Shown piece by piece: positions 1 to 19,181 of a stretch of DNA of 64,000 bases. This DNA comes from Amoebidium appalachense (Eukaryota; Protista; Ichthyosporea), in NCBI GenBank assembly GCA_963693365.1, contig CAVNZM010000008.1, forward strand, positions 8,746,818 through 8,810,817, given 5' to 3'. A program made the translations under genes and the position numbers. The notes below the pieces were generated by a model, which worked only from the letters and a program-made list of their open reading frames with translations, was not told the origin of the DNA and did no database searches. Within the stretch, counting starts at the first letter, position 1. Each line of letters starts with the position of its first letter.

Positions 1-1530
1 ATGTATAAACGGATGGTGTGTAGAAAAGGTGGACACGTAATAAAGATAGGCATATGCACATGGCAATGCCTGCACCGGGCGTGCCACTGAATGCAAGATA
101 ATGATGTGTCCTGTTTCACTACAACTACGAAACTGTAGGTTTGAGAGCCTCTAGATCCAGTAAACCAGGTGAATGCTGTACAGGGAATGCCAGCTAGCGC
201 TGTGTTCGTTTCGTTTTACTTTGATGCTGTGCACGAAGGACCTCTTTTGAGCTGTCTTATCAGAATGGAATGCGAGCGTATGCACGTGTGCACAGTGACG
301 GCTATACATACATCATCGCAAGTTCACATGCATGTGGCCATGGTTGTTGTACATGTGCACGTATGTACATACGTTGAACGTTGGACCGGATCGTTTAACG
401 TAAAAAGATGGATTCTGGGCAGCCAAAGTCATAATAAACAGCATGTCTAATGCTTATTAGGATGCTAGTTGTTATGTGATAGTTTTTTAAAGGTTTTAGT
501 GGAAGCAAACAGTCGGGCAAGACTGGAGCTCCGCCCCGGGCCTCGGGAGATGGCTGGCTGGCCAGGCTCTGGCCCGGGCGCGCAGCTCAGTGGCCGTCGT
601 CGGAGAAATTTGGCGCCAACATTACACACAAGAACAAGACATGACACTTAGCGAATCAAGGATTACGATAAAAAAGCTGGATGTTGATGACTGTGGACAA
701 TTTCACTCCATAAAGGAGTAGCCCACGCAACCATTGTACACCACATTGTGAGAATAAAAAAAAGCTCCTGCTTATAATGAAACATCTATGCATAGTAAAG
801 CACCAAAAGTATGATAACTGGAGTTGATGCCCATACGCCCGTTCCAGCTGTACTGCGACTGTCGCTTTTGACCAATCAAAGCTGTGCAACTGTAGATGTT
901 GGTTGCCGACTTTTGTGGTGCGTGACCAGCCAATGTGTGCAAAAGATCTAATTCATATATTTAGTGACTACAACAAATTATTTACTCCTGCAAATCCGTT
1001 TCAAAGCTATTCGTAATGAATTATGTTAGTATATAGCTTCTAGACTGTGGATAATTACCGAAGAAGTGCCGGGGGGCCACTGCCGGAGTGGGCCGGACCA
1101 GGCCGGGCAGGTCCCCCTGGATCGTGACTCAGTGCCTCAGCCACTGACAGCCTGTCCACTCAGCCCACGATGCACACTTATCCAATCAATATCTCCGACT
1201 TACGTAAGCGTATAAATACCTGCGCTGCTTGCCTGGCGCTGCGCCTTTCAAAAGTAGCGCGGCTGAGGAAGCTTTTCTGAGGAAACATCGTTTCGAAGCT
1301 TGTTGAGCGAAGCCCGAAAAGAACTAAATGCTATAATTTCATGGTATCTTTCCATATATTTATCTTTAAGTCCCTCGCTAAGCCAGAGTTCCCTAGCCTT
1401 TACACCCGCTCAACTCTACGTTGAGACCTCCCCGTGATTCTACCTACTTCGTTTATAGCCACTTACCACTATCTGACTCAACACACTATCATAGTTTCAT
1501 AGCAACCCATCTAGTGTTCTGGACTTCAAC

Positions 1531-7671
<6,141 letters not shown>

Positions 7672-8072
7672 CATGTTTTAATGCCTGTTTTAAACTAATT
7701 TAATGGAGACATTTGGTTGGTTGGCAGGTGAGGGCACTGGCATTTGTGTGGTAGAAGACCTTGCTTTTTTGTGTGAATAGATTCAATTGTGCTCTCTTAC
7801 TACTAGCACTATTAGTCCTTTTTCTTTGCTAAGCTCCGTTTGCCTGGTTGTTATTGGGTTGGGCGAGTAGTCTAAGACACATAATTACGTATGCTCGGAT
7901 GGGTGGGTGGGTGGGTGGGTGGGTGGGTGGGTGGTGGTGGTGGTAGTGGTTGTGGTGTGTTTTTGGGTTTGTGTGTGCGTGTGCTACGGTGTGGTGGCGG
8001 TGGTGCACGGTGCCAGGGTGGTGGGATCGGATGTGAGAGATTTAATAATCCATATGCAGTAAACTTCAGCAC

Positions 8073-8126
<54 letters not shown>

Positions 8127-8163
8127 CGACTATGTGTCTGTCTGTCGCGCCTTTTTTTTTTTT

Positions 8164-8205
<42 letters not shown>

Positions 8206-9328
8206 TTCTATTTGCCCTATCAGCTGTGCTGTGCACAGCCTCACGAATGTATTAGGTCCCGTTTGGCGGCTTTTGTTCTTATGCATACACCCTACATTTT
8301 TGCTCCTAATTCTAATTCACTCAGATTCTTTTTCGTCCGTGTGATCAAGTACAAACCGGGGGGGGGGGGGGGGGGGGGGACCTTGACAAGCCAGCTTCAT
8401 CTCCACTACTGTGTGTGTGTACGTGTGTGCGTGTGCGTGTGCGTCCGTGTGTCCATGTGTGTGTGTGTGTGTGTAAGTGGGTGCCACTGGGTGGTGGGTG
8501 GGTTTGTGTGTGTTTGTAGGTGGGTGGGTGGGTGGGTGGGTTGGTGGGTTTGTGTGTGTGTGTAGGTGGGTGGCTGGGTGGCTGGGTGGCTGGGTGAGTG
8601 GTGGTGCCGGGGGCCGGAGCCCGGTTAAATGAAGGGGCATGCACATCCGTCCGTCACAAGTCGGACTCTCCTCCCCTTCACATACATAGCACAGTTACCC
8701 CACGAGCACTCTCGGGTTTAGTAGCACAGCAGAGTCTTGGTAGCCACGTAGTCTCACTACCTGTAAATGCAAGGTATTGGGCTGGGCTCAAATGTGTTAG
8801 GCTTGGCGCCAACCTTGATGTCGGGGTTATCATGATGGTGATCACTTGCAATGATCGATAATCATGCCAGATCTGAAAAGAATCTCTTTAGATCCACGTT
8901 TACCAGGCACAGCCAATAAACGCCAGTTAGATTATACCATAAATAGCAATATCTAAACTCAGGAATTTCCCATCAACGGGTACTCGTCGACTACGTTGGG
9001 TGCGTTGGGGGTGCGGCATGCCAGGAGCTACTACTAGAGAGAAGGGGGGGGTATGATTGGAGGGGGGGGTGTTCAGCTAACCTTATATGGATAAAGCAAA
9101 GTTACAAGGATTCAAGCCATTGGTTGGGCAAGACCCCTTTTGCCGAATATGGATAACAGATCATACACTGCTGTAGGCGGCGGTCAGGAATTGGCGCGCT
9201 CTTTACTGGTCACAACCACCAGTCCGGGAAGGCCATGAGCAGCATTGCCGAGCACACTGGAATACGGGAATGTTTGCGGTAACGTAGTCGCACTAGGGGG
9301 GCAGGGGGCCAGGCCCCAAGTGTTTAAA

Positions 9329-10720
9329 ATGAAGCCAGGCTGCCCTAAGGGCACAACACAGCGCCCTGGGCATAAAACAGGCGGAGCTAGGGAGGGAGCT
9401 GGGCGCAAAAAAAAAGATGCTGCATTTGTTCAGCCTTTAGCGAACTTTGCAGGTTTTGGGACGGCAAACAAAGCTGTTTTGCAGGAACTAAACGTAAACG
9501 TACAACCCGAACAGCCCCCTCTATCTAAGGCCGCCGACATAAGGGCCCGTGTAGTTGAGGCAGGTAGCGTCCATTCGTTACCAAGAGAAATGGATCGGGC
9601 CCCTGCTCCACACCCACCAGACATACAGGTGCAACCCGACGAGGAACCTTTGCTAAATGCAGCAGCAGATGCGTACCGGGTAGACGAGGATGAAGGGGAG
9701 GAAGAGGGAGAAGATAATACGGACGGGGATGACGGTGGAGAGGAGTTTTCTGACGCGGCGGGCGAAACAATCAAGTCGCACCTGCACACAGTGAAAGAGA
9801 GTCTCAAAGATGAGAAGACGCCTGTGGGGTGGCATCTTCCACCTCCCATTATAGGCTTTAAATTTGGGGGCGATCCAGCGCCTTTCTACAAACCCAGATG
9901 TTTTGCCTGGCTTCCGGAAAGGTTGTCTCCCGGTTTCATGGTGCCGTGCCCCTTCGATGATCACTACGTGGACCCCCACAACCACCCCAACCCACACCGT
10001 ACTTCTCGCAATGGGTTCATGAGCAACCCCGTAGGACGGCGTGTTATCGACTTTGACAGCTGCTACTACATTATCACGGCCCGGTACTTTTGTGACACAT
10101 GCAAAAAAAACTTTGCCGGCACAAACCCCCAGACAATTAAACGCCTTCCACTCTTCATGCGTGATCAGTTTCCGGCCTACCTTAGCCACCGCAGTGGGCT
10201 CGACCTAAAGGTGGTAACATTGTTGCGTGCACTGGCAGACAAAGGTGTGGGCCCAAACGCCTTTGCCACCCTCCTCTCGGAGCTCCACAAGCAGCGATAC
10301 GACGAGCAGCGGCTCCTGTATTACTCGAGGGCGCTGCATTGGACCAAGTATGAACTCAAAAAGCGTAACGATTTCCGCCCCCACGACCAGCGCCTGACAG
10401 AACTTCCCCCAGAGGAGCAGGCGGCTAAGTTCTCGGCGTTTGGTGACAAAAATGGTTACGCTGGACATGTGCCTTCAGGCAAGTGTGCACTGCATTTTGG
10501 GTGTGTAAATGGTCCCCATTGTTTTGTATGCACGTGCTTGGGCATTTTTTGGGTTGGCTTGGTAGGGTTTTGTTTTATTATTTTTTATTTTTTTTTTAGG
10601 GGGGGGGGGGGGACTTGGAAATGGGTTTTGGAAGTGTGGTCAATAAGTTTCTATTATGGTGGTGGTGGATGTGTGGTGGTGGATGTGCGCCTGTGAGTGT
10701 GCGTGTACTTGTGGGTCCGT

Positions 10721-10751
<31 letters not shown>

Positions 10752-11022
10752 GGGGGGGGGGAGGGGGGGGGAGGGGGGACATGGTGATGGATTAGGTGGT
10801 GGTGGTGGCAATCAGTCATGGTGGTGGTGGTGGTGGTGGTGGTGGGGGGGGGGGGGGGGGGGGGGGGGGGGGAGGGCAGAGGGATCATCAGAGGGGTGAA
10901 AGCATAACGGTCCATGTACCAGTGAGTGTGCTTGGGAAATCGTGGAGAACTGTTATGCCTGAAATTAGATGGTGGGTGTGCGCATGTGTGTCTGTGTGTG
11001 TTGGGGGAAAGGAGGTGGAGAG

Positions 11023-11060
<38 letters not shown>

Positions 11061-11245
11061 GGGGCACATGGTGGTAGACTGGATCTTGGTGGCGGTACTT
11101 AATGGTTATTATAGTAGTGGCAGGAGGGTGTGGGGGGAAGGGCAAACGGACGTGCAGGGGACAAACTGCAGATGGGGCACAAAGGGGAAAGAAGGTGAAA
11201 GTTGGTGCAATGACTTGGAGGGTTTGCGCGCGCCGGGAGGCGGGG

Positions 11246-11284
<39 letters not shown>

Positions 11285-11723
11285 AACGGCCGGAGATGGG
11301 TGTGTAGCGTTTTTGAGATGGGAAAAGCCATACAGACTTACGAAAATACAGAGAGGTGAGATGAACACGAGGGACTAGAGGGAATGGGGGGGATGGTCCT
11401 GATGGGAGGGTGGTGGAGTTCTAACAGTACTTGGGGTTCAGGCAAATACCTGAGTGCCGTGTATACTGAGTTCAGCGACCGCACGGCAAAGTACCAGAGC
11501 CTGGACACGCAGCTCAAGCCCGTAAACAACGTGCTCAAGGCCGACCACACCTTCCAAATTGGGAAGCTCACCGGCATCAATGGGGAGCCTCTGTACCGAG
11601 GCCTATGGACTTGTGTAAACGAGCTTGGCGGTGTGTGGTCCCTCCTCTTCTCCCCCCTCCCCCCACTCTCCCCCAGGCCCCCTTCCCCCCTCCCCCCCCC
11701 CCCCCCCCCCCCCACACACGCCC

Positions 11724-11754
<31 letters not shown>

Positions 11755-11989
11755 ACACACGCCCCCCTCCCCCCCCCTCCCCCCCCTCCCCCCTCTAGGG
11801 CCTTTAAATCTCTTAGGCTCCACATTTAATGAGGTGGCACACTGTGAGTAGAGGTTTGTAGTATGTGGGTTTTGGGGACAATTCTTGCCCTGTCGAGCAA
11901 AAACTAGGAAGCTCCAGATATGTGTGTATGTGTTTTTGCTGGGTAGAGATTGGGGTGGGCTGGGGTGGAGCTTTCTTTTGGCGGGGAAT

Positions 11990-12054
<65 letters not shown>

Positions 12055-13551
12055 AGCTTCTGCCAAGCAGAATGGGAGTAGGGGCCAGTGATTGCAAGGG
12101 ATGCAGGGGGGGGGGGGGGGGGGGGGGGGGGGGGAGAGACACCACCGTCGGGGTTGAAGGTAGAGAGGGCAAGAGGCCCGGGGTGGGGTGGGGGGGGGGG
12201 GGGGGGGGACAGTAGGTGCCATATGGAGGGCTGTCCCATGGTTTGGGGGGAGGGGGAGTGGGGAAGGATCGTGGGCACATGGGTTTGGGGGGAAGGCAGA
12301 GAGGGGGAAAGGATTGTGATCACAAGGGTTTAGGGGGAGGAAGGGGGAAGGATTGTAGGTACATGGGTTTAGGGGGGAGGGGGGGGGGGAAGATTTTGGG
12401 GGAAAGGGAGGCCTGGGGAAAGTATGTGGGCACATGGGTTTGGGGGGGAAGGAGGGGGAAGGGTTTTGGGGGAGAGGGAGGGGAAAGTATGTGGGCACAT
12501 GGGTTTGGGGGGAGGGAGGGGGAAAGGATTGTGTGGGCACTGAAGTCTCGTGAAGGGCCATGTGGTAAGGGAAGCTAGAACATGCATGGCTGCTCGGAGA
12601 TGCCCTCTCACACAGTGCGGCACCCCAGAGATCCGGGCGCAGGTATTTACACGGGACTGCAGCCACCAGGAGATTGAGCCCGTGATCCAGCGCATCTCTG
12701 CCACCACGGCGGCGCTCAACAGCAAGGGCCCGGCCTTCTTCTACACAGATCGGTGCTGCCAAGACCGGGCGTTTGTTGAGCGCATGTTTCCAACCCTAGC
12801 CCGGCCAAAATGCCCCGTCCGTCTGAACGAGGCTGCGCTGGTAAGCGTGACGGACGGTCTGCCTGGGCTGGAGCTGCCGGCCAACTACCCTAAGCCGGTG
12901 TACACCGACTGCCAGGGGGCGGTGGTGGCTACAGCGGCCATTCGTGCCGACCTGGAGGGGCAGCAGCACCGCGTGGTGGGGCTGGACTGCGAGTGGGTCT
13001 ATCGGGTGGGCCAGGCGCGGTCCAAGGTTTGCACGCTGCAGATTGCCACCGCACGGGCCGTGTACATCTTCCACTTGGCACGCATGGGCCCCAACCACAG
13101 CCCGCCCGCGCGGCTGGTGGACGAGCTGATTGCGCTGCTTAGGGACCCCAGCATCATCAAGGTGGGCAAGCAGATCGGCACGGACTCGGCCCACCTCAAC
13201 AAGGACTACGGCACCCCTGTGGCCAGCTATCTGGAGCTGGGCCGGTTCTGCTATGCCCGTGCAGCTATCACCTCTGCGGCCCGGGGCTTGGCCGACATCA
13301 CTGCCCAGGTCATAGGCAAGAAGCTGCCCAAGCCGGCACTTGTTCGATGCTCCAACTGGCACGAGCCGCTATCAGAGGTGCAGGCCACCTACGCTGCCCT
13401 TGATGCATATGCGTCCCTGCAGGTCTACTCGGCCGTGGTCGATAGGCCAAACCTGTCAGGTGTGTATCCCACCTGCTTTTTGCCCCAGTGCTTATGTGCT
13501 TATGCCAGATATAGAAAGATTTTGGGCCCCCCAGAGGAGAGGGGAGGGGGA

Positions 13552-13593
<42 letters not shown>

Positions 13594-13684
13594 GGCTGAC
13601 CACATGGGCCAGTGTTCCAGTTGTGTTATGCTGGGTGTCGGGTGGCTATCAAAGGAGGGGGTGATTGGTGGTGGTGGTGGTGGT

Positions 13685-13719
<35 letters not shown>

Positions 13720-14750
13720 CTATAGCACTGTTAACACGTGCAAGTGCCACACAAGCTGGGCACTGGGAGAGGGGGGGGGAGGGAGAAGGGGGGGGGGGGG
13801 GGGGGGGGGGAAGGGGGTTGCTAAGGAATATGCATTTGATTTTTGTGGAGCGAAGAGAAAAACGTTGGTGCTGTGGCTTTTTGGCTGAGTTTTTTGCTTC
13901 CCTCTATGACATGCAGCGCGGCTTCATGCAAAGGCACTCGGTGAAGGGGTTGAGATTGTGCCCCGGCGGGGCCCACATGCTGCAGCAGCCACCGGGGTGG
14001 TGCTGGCTGTGCAGCCGGAGCGCTGGGGGGGCATGAAGGTGGGCAAGAAGCATGCAGTGGTGCGGGTGGATCAGGTGCTGTCGCCGGCCATGCAGGTGCC
14101 CTTTGGCCCCGACAAGGGCAAGACCCTGGGAGAGCTGGGCCCGCCGCCCTTTGAGCTGATGGTGCACCTGCAGTGGCTACGGCCCATTCAGCCCCCACCG
14201 GACCCAGGTGCCGAGGTGCCGGTGGTCCCTGACCCAGCCCCTCCCCCTGCCGAGCAGCAGCAACCCCTTGCCGGCCCACAGGCACCCCCCCAGGACCCCC
14301 AGGCAGCCCCGGGGGGCCTTGAGGCAGCCCCAGGGGGACCCGAGGCAGCTCCCAGAGAGGGCATGTTGGGCCAGGCACCGCCTGGGGAGGTGGTGTGGCA
14401 GACTGTGCTGAATGACGCCTTCCACTCCATTGCAAACACGGCGGACGGCACGTACAAGTCACACCCCCGCAGGGCTGAGTACGCACGCGCACTCAGCGAG
14501 GCAATATTTGTGTGGAATGAAGAGGATTACGGACATGTGAAGGTGCCCCCCCCTCCTCCCCCCCCCCCCAAAATAAAAAATAAAAAATAAAAATAAAAAA
14601 AACGGCAACAACAACATGCGTGACTGACGCGCACACACACATACACTCGTTAGCACACACTCACCATTCCACCCACAACCATGCACACCTTCGACAAAAC
14701 TTCTGAGGGAAGAGAGAGAGCCTGAGCCTCAGAGAGAGGGGGGGGGGGAA

Positions 14751-14784
<34 letters not shown>

Positions 14785-15360
14785 GGGGGGGAGGAGAGTG
14801 GGGGTTATTCATATGCCTAGAGAGAAATAATGTAGGGTTGTGGGGGGAAAGAGCCACATGCATTTTTTACTTGTGTTGGGGGAGAAGATGGGGGGGGTGG
14901 AGGGGAGGGGTCCTACAATAACGGCAGGTATCAAAGTCTACCAAACCCAAATTGCAGTGTGCGTAGTAAATTAATATTGGCATCCTGCCTCACAGGGGGT
15001 GCTGGAGCAGAAGGGCATCGACATTGAAACCGAGCTCAAGGGCGGCGACCTGAGCTACTTCATGGAGCGCATCCGGCGGGTTATTCCCGACCCATACACG
15101 CTGGTCTCGCGGCTGGTGGAGTTCAAAAACACCTACAAGGATGTGCCGCCCGGACCGGATGGCAAGCCTCTGTTCAAGAAGGATGGCTTTGAAAGACTCG
15201 AGGCAACATCCCCCCCCCCCCCCCCCTCCCCCTGCAGGCGCCCAACAACTCCACCACCACAGAAAAGATTCTTCGCTTATTTGTCATCCTTGGTTCATCT
15301 GCACACACACGCACACCCTAGCCTCCCCCCCCCCCCCCCCCCCCTCCCCCCCCCAAACAT

Positions 15361-15432
<72 letters not shown>

Positions 15433-15504
15433 CCCGCACGGCCCTTGCTGCCTAGCCAGTTGTTTTTTGCCTTTCCCTGCTCGTTTTTTTCCTTAGCAAC
15501 CCCA

Positions 15505-15560
<56 letters not shown>

Positions 15561-17225
15561 ACATACACACACACTACCACCACCACCACCCACCCATCTC
15601 TCTGATGTTTGCTTGTGCCCCCACAGTCGCTGCTCGAACACGCCCAAAATGGCTGTCTGTCGGACCCCCCCGGCCTGCCCCTCTACTACGAGACCACTGC
15701 CGACGCAGATGGGCTCATGCGCTACCGCTGCATCCGGGGCACCAACGAGGTGGAGGGGGCAGTGCACAACCCCCTGGCCACCCACTTTGGGGCCACACGC
15801 ATGTCGCTGCGCCTGCTGGACGCCACCATGTCCAATAGGCGCCACCGCCACAACCTGCGTGCACACTACCGCAACCGCCTGGGCCAGGCATCGGGGCCCC
15901 CCCACTACAGCCCCTGGATTGTTGACGACATGGAGGCACTGGCGCTGATGCTGTACGGCCATCACCTCGACCCCCAGTGGGTACCCGTAGGCTGCTACAA
16001 GCTACCGGAGGAGTACTTCAACTTTGCCCCGCTCTCCTGTGTGGCCAATGCCCCGGCGCAGGAGCCAGTTGCGGTGCCCGCACCCCCACCTCCGTCTGAT
16101 AACATCGAGCCTGCAGCCAATGGCGTGATGGGCGGGCCAGAGGACTGTGAGGTCGAGGAGGGTGACGGTGCTGCCATGGGGGGGGGCAACCAGGTGGCGC
16201 GTGGTGCACCACAGCCGGACCCTGCACTGAGGGGCGACTACAAGTTCCTGGCGCAGAAGCAACATGTGGCCATCCCCTTCCTTCCGGTGCTTACCCCTCA
16301 GGAGCGCAAGCTATTCAGCACGCTGCTCCTGGGCACCTACAAGGCACATGCAAAGCCCAACGGCCAGCTGTTCGAGGCTTTGGCCCAAGACTTCAACAAG
16401 GCTGCCTCTGTGGCTGGGGGAATCTACATGAAGGATGCGGCCTACATCAAGAAGCATTTCGACAAGTGGAAGACCTGGCAGACGGCACATGCACAGCGCT
16501 CCACACACGAGGGCCTGGCAGATCACCGCAAGCGTATGCGCGAGGAGAGGGCAGACGCTGTGCCAGCAACCATACGGCCTGCCCCCTTGCCACCCCTCCC
16601 TGTTCCAGACGGTGTCGATGCAGGGGCGCAGCGTGAGCGGCCCTTGCCCATGCTAGTGGGCAAAAAGCATCGCAACATTGGCCCTGAGGGGCCCCTGCAG
16701 ATGGATTTGCCGGTGCCCCCTCCTATGCAGCCACCCCAGAGAGCCCCCAAGACCTGCAAGACGTGTGGCCGCCAGGGCAAGGGCTGCCTCGGCTCCAATC
16801 GGGCCAAGAGCTGCCCACGTTGGGTTGCAGCCAATCAGGATGCCATGCCACCAGCACCCGCGCTTGACATGCAGCAGGGCCATGTGCCGCACATGCCCCC
16901 TGCACCCCATCCAGGCCCGCACCACCCACATGGCTGGCCCCCACCGTGGGGCATCATGCCGCCTCAGCCCGGCCCTGCCTTCCCCATGCCTGGGCTACTG
17001 CCGCAGCACGGTCCCCATCCTTACTTGGGCCATGTGGGCCAGCCCTCGGCTGGTGGGCAGTTCCCACCCCCTTCTCGTGCATCTGCTGTGCTGGGCCTGG
17101 CGTTGCCACCTGCTGGAGAGACGCAGCTGCAATGGCACGATCGAAAGCAAAGTAATCGTGGCCGCAAGTCTGCAGGCAGCCAATCAGGATCTCAGAGTAG
17201 TCAGAGTAGCCAAACTAGTGTCTAA
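9329..17225 (+). CDS. Mutator/ISL3-like DDE transposase with an embedded DEDDy 3'-5' exonuclease domain; 6 exons, about 1533 aa
   Basis: Exons 9329-10478, 11442-11630, 12629-13459, 13917-14542, 14996-15202, 15627-17225 sum to 4602 nt in one open frame. N-terminal CP...H...CxxC region (RRVIDFDSCYYIITARYFCDTC...QFPAYLSHRSGLD, resembling DUF6729-type proteins); candidate catalytic D in VLKADHTF, D in FYTDRCC, DxFH in LNDAFH, E in RGTNEVEG; exonuclease motifs VGLDCEW, IGTDSAHL, YAALDAY; C-terminal CKTC...C...C. Confidence 0.85.
12235..12540 (+). repeat. G-rich minisatellite (~60 bp unit) in transposase intron 2
   Basis: About five degenerate copies of gtgggcacatgggtttgggggg...gggaaag/ggattgt. 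Confidence 0.7.
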
Positions 17226-17312
17226 TATTGGAATGTACACCAATGTAACGGATCTCATATGTGTTGTAGTGCTTCAAGTTATACCTGTTCTTCGTACAGT
17301 CATGTTAGGGGG

Positions 17313-17346
<34 letters not shown>

Positions 17347-17649
17347 CTAGCTTTCATTCCGAAGTTTACTGTAAAGAATTAAAATTTAGAATCTGAGTAA
17401 TAGTACAGAGCCTTTGCACTTTTCTCTGTTTGTTAGGAATTCTTTGTGATCGAGAGTATGGTGTGTTAGACTATTGGTGTTAATGTGTCCTGGAAGGTGT
17501 ATAATGTCTGCTGGCCGTAGTCAGTATCTATTTTTAGGTATATAGTATATTTTTAAATGTTGGCCGCTGGCCAATAAATAGCAAATAATAAACACACGAT
17601 AAAGTCAACAGCGTGCCAAAAAACTAATCCCCAGCGAGCGCACCCAGTG

Positions 17650-17900
<251 letters not shown>

Positions 17901-19108
17901 TGTGTGGTGTGGTGTGTGCGCGGCTTGTACATATGTACGTGTTCATGTGCACCTGTGTCGGACCTACGAAGTACATGAAAGTAAATTTTGACAGCATCGA
18001 TCTGCCGGTGTGTATGTGTATGTGTGCCAGTGCAGCAGGTGTGCCTTGTAACTGATAGCTTCGCATTTTACGTGTGTGTATATATAGTAGTACGCATAGA
18101 CACTTGCTGATCATTCGGATCGACATTAATATTTAATCTGTCGGTCCTCGGTTTTTTGAGTGAATGATGATCAAGTGTAAGAGCATTCACTTGGCAAGTA
18201 TTAATGTTGCAGAGGCTAGCTGCAGCTGCAAGCGTCGGATGCACACTGACAATTGTCTTTTCAGCGAGTCTAACCTGCAGGCAGCAGCTGCACACATATA
18301 GGGTTGTTATCTTGCGGCACATGCACGGTGATCATTTCAGAGTAATAGAGTTCAGAGCAATGAAAATAATGAAAATAACTAAACTTTGTGACTACTTTAA
18401 AGTTGCTGAGATCATACGTGGTGCAAGCTGCACTATGAACACATGTATAGTGCTAGTAATTAATACATTTTTGTTGCCTTCTGCAGGGTTATCGTAGCTA
18501 CGTCACGGCCTGCACTCAGGGGGGGGGAGGGGGGGGGGGGAGAGGGGGGATGATTCGAAGGGGGTATAAATAAGAACATGCACCTAAAGGTCTTTCCCGT
18601 GGATCCTCCCCCCTCCCCCCCACCTCTCCCTCCCCCGGGGCCCCATACTATGATATCTAGGCCCAATATTATATGCCCCTTCCCCCCCCCCCCCCCCCCC
18701 TCCTCTCCGGATCCCCGGACCCCACTTCCCTACCCGGAGGCTCAAGAGCTCCCCCTTCCCCTTCCCCCCCCTCCCCCCCCCCCCCCCCCCCCCCCCAAGG
18801 CTTACGGGGGCCCTTCTTCATCGAGGGGGAGGGGGTGGGGGTGGGGGGGGTGGGGGGTGGGGGTGGGGGGAGGGAGAGTGGAAGGCGGGGGTGGATGCAT
18901 GTCAGCCTAGGTGAATTCAATTGTTTAACTCCAGTGTGCAGGACTGGTCTGAAGGCTTAAGAAAACAACGAGGAAATGGGGTCCAGTGGAGGTGGTGGTG
19001 GTGTTCTGTGTGTGTGTGTACACGTGCACGTATGTGTGTGGTTTTTTTAAGGGGTGAGTGGTGGTGGTGGTGGTGGTGGTGGTCACCGTGGTGGTGGTGT
19101 GTGTGTCT

Positions 19109-19181
<73 letters not shown>

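Noticed and set aside
1-1500. Short ORFs upstream of SRPRB
   Set aside because: No recognisable motifs or consistent splice structure.
9038-9070. Possible transposon terminus resembling 18540-18566 (gggggg..atgatt.g.aggggg)
   Set aside because: Direct rather than inverted orientation, short and low complexity, with no TSD.
12940-13440. Stand-alone WRN/EXD exonuclease host gene
   Set aside because: It is in frame and spliced with flanking transposase-type motifs on both sides, with no helicase or other WRN domains.
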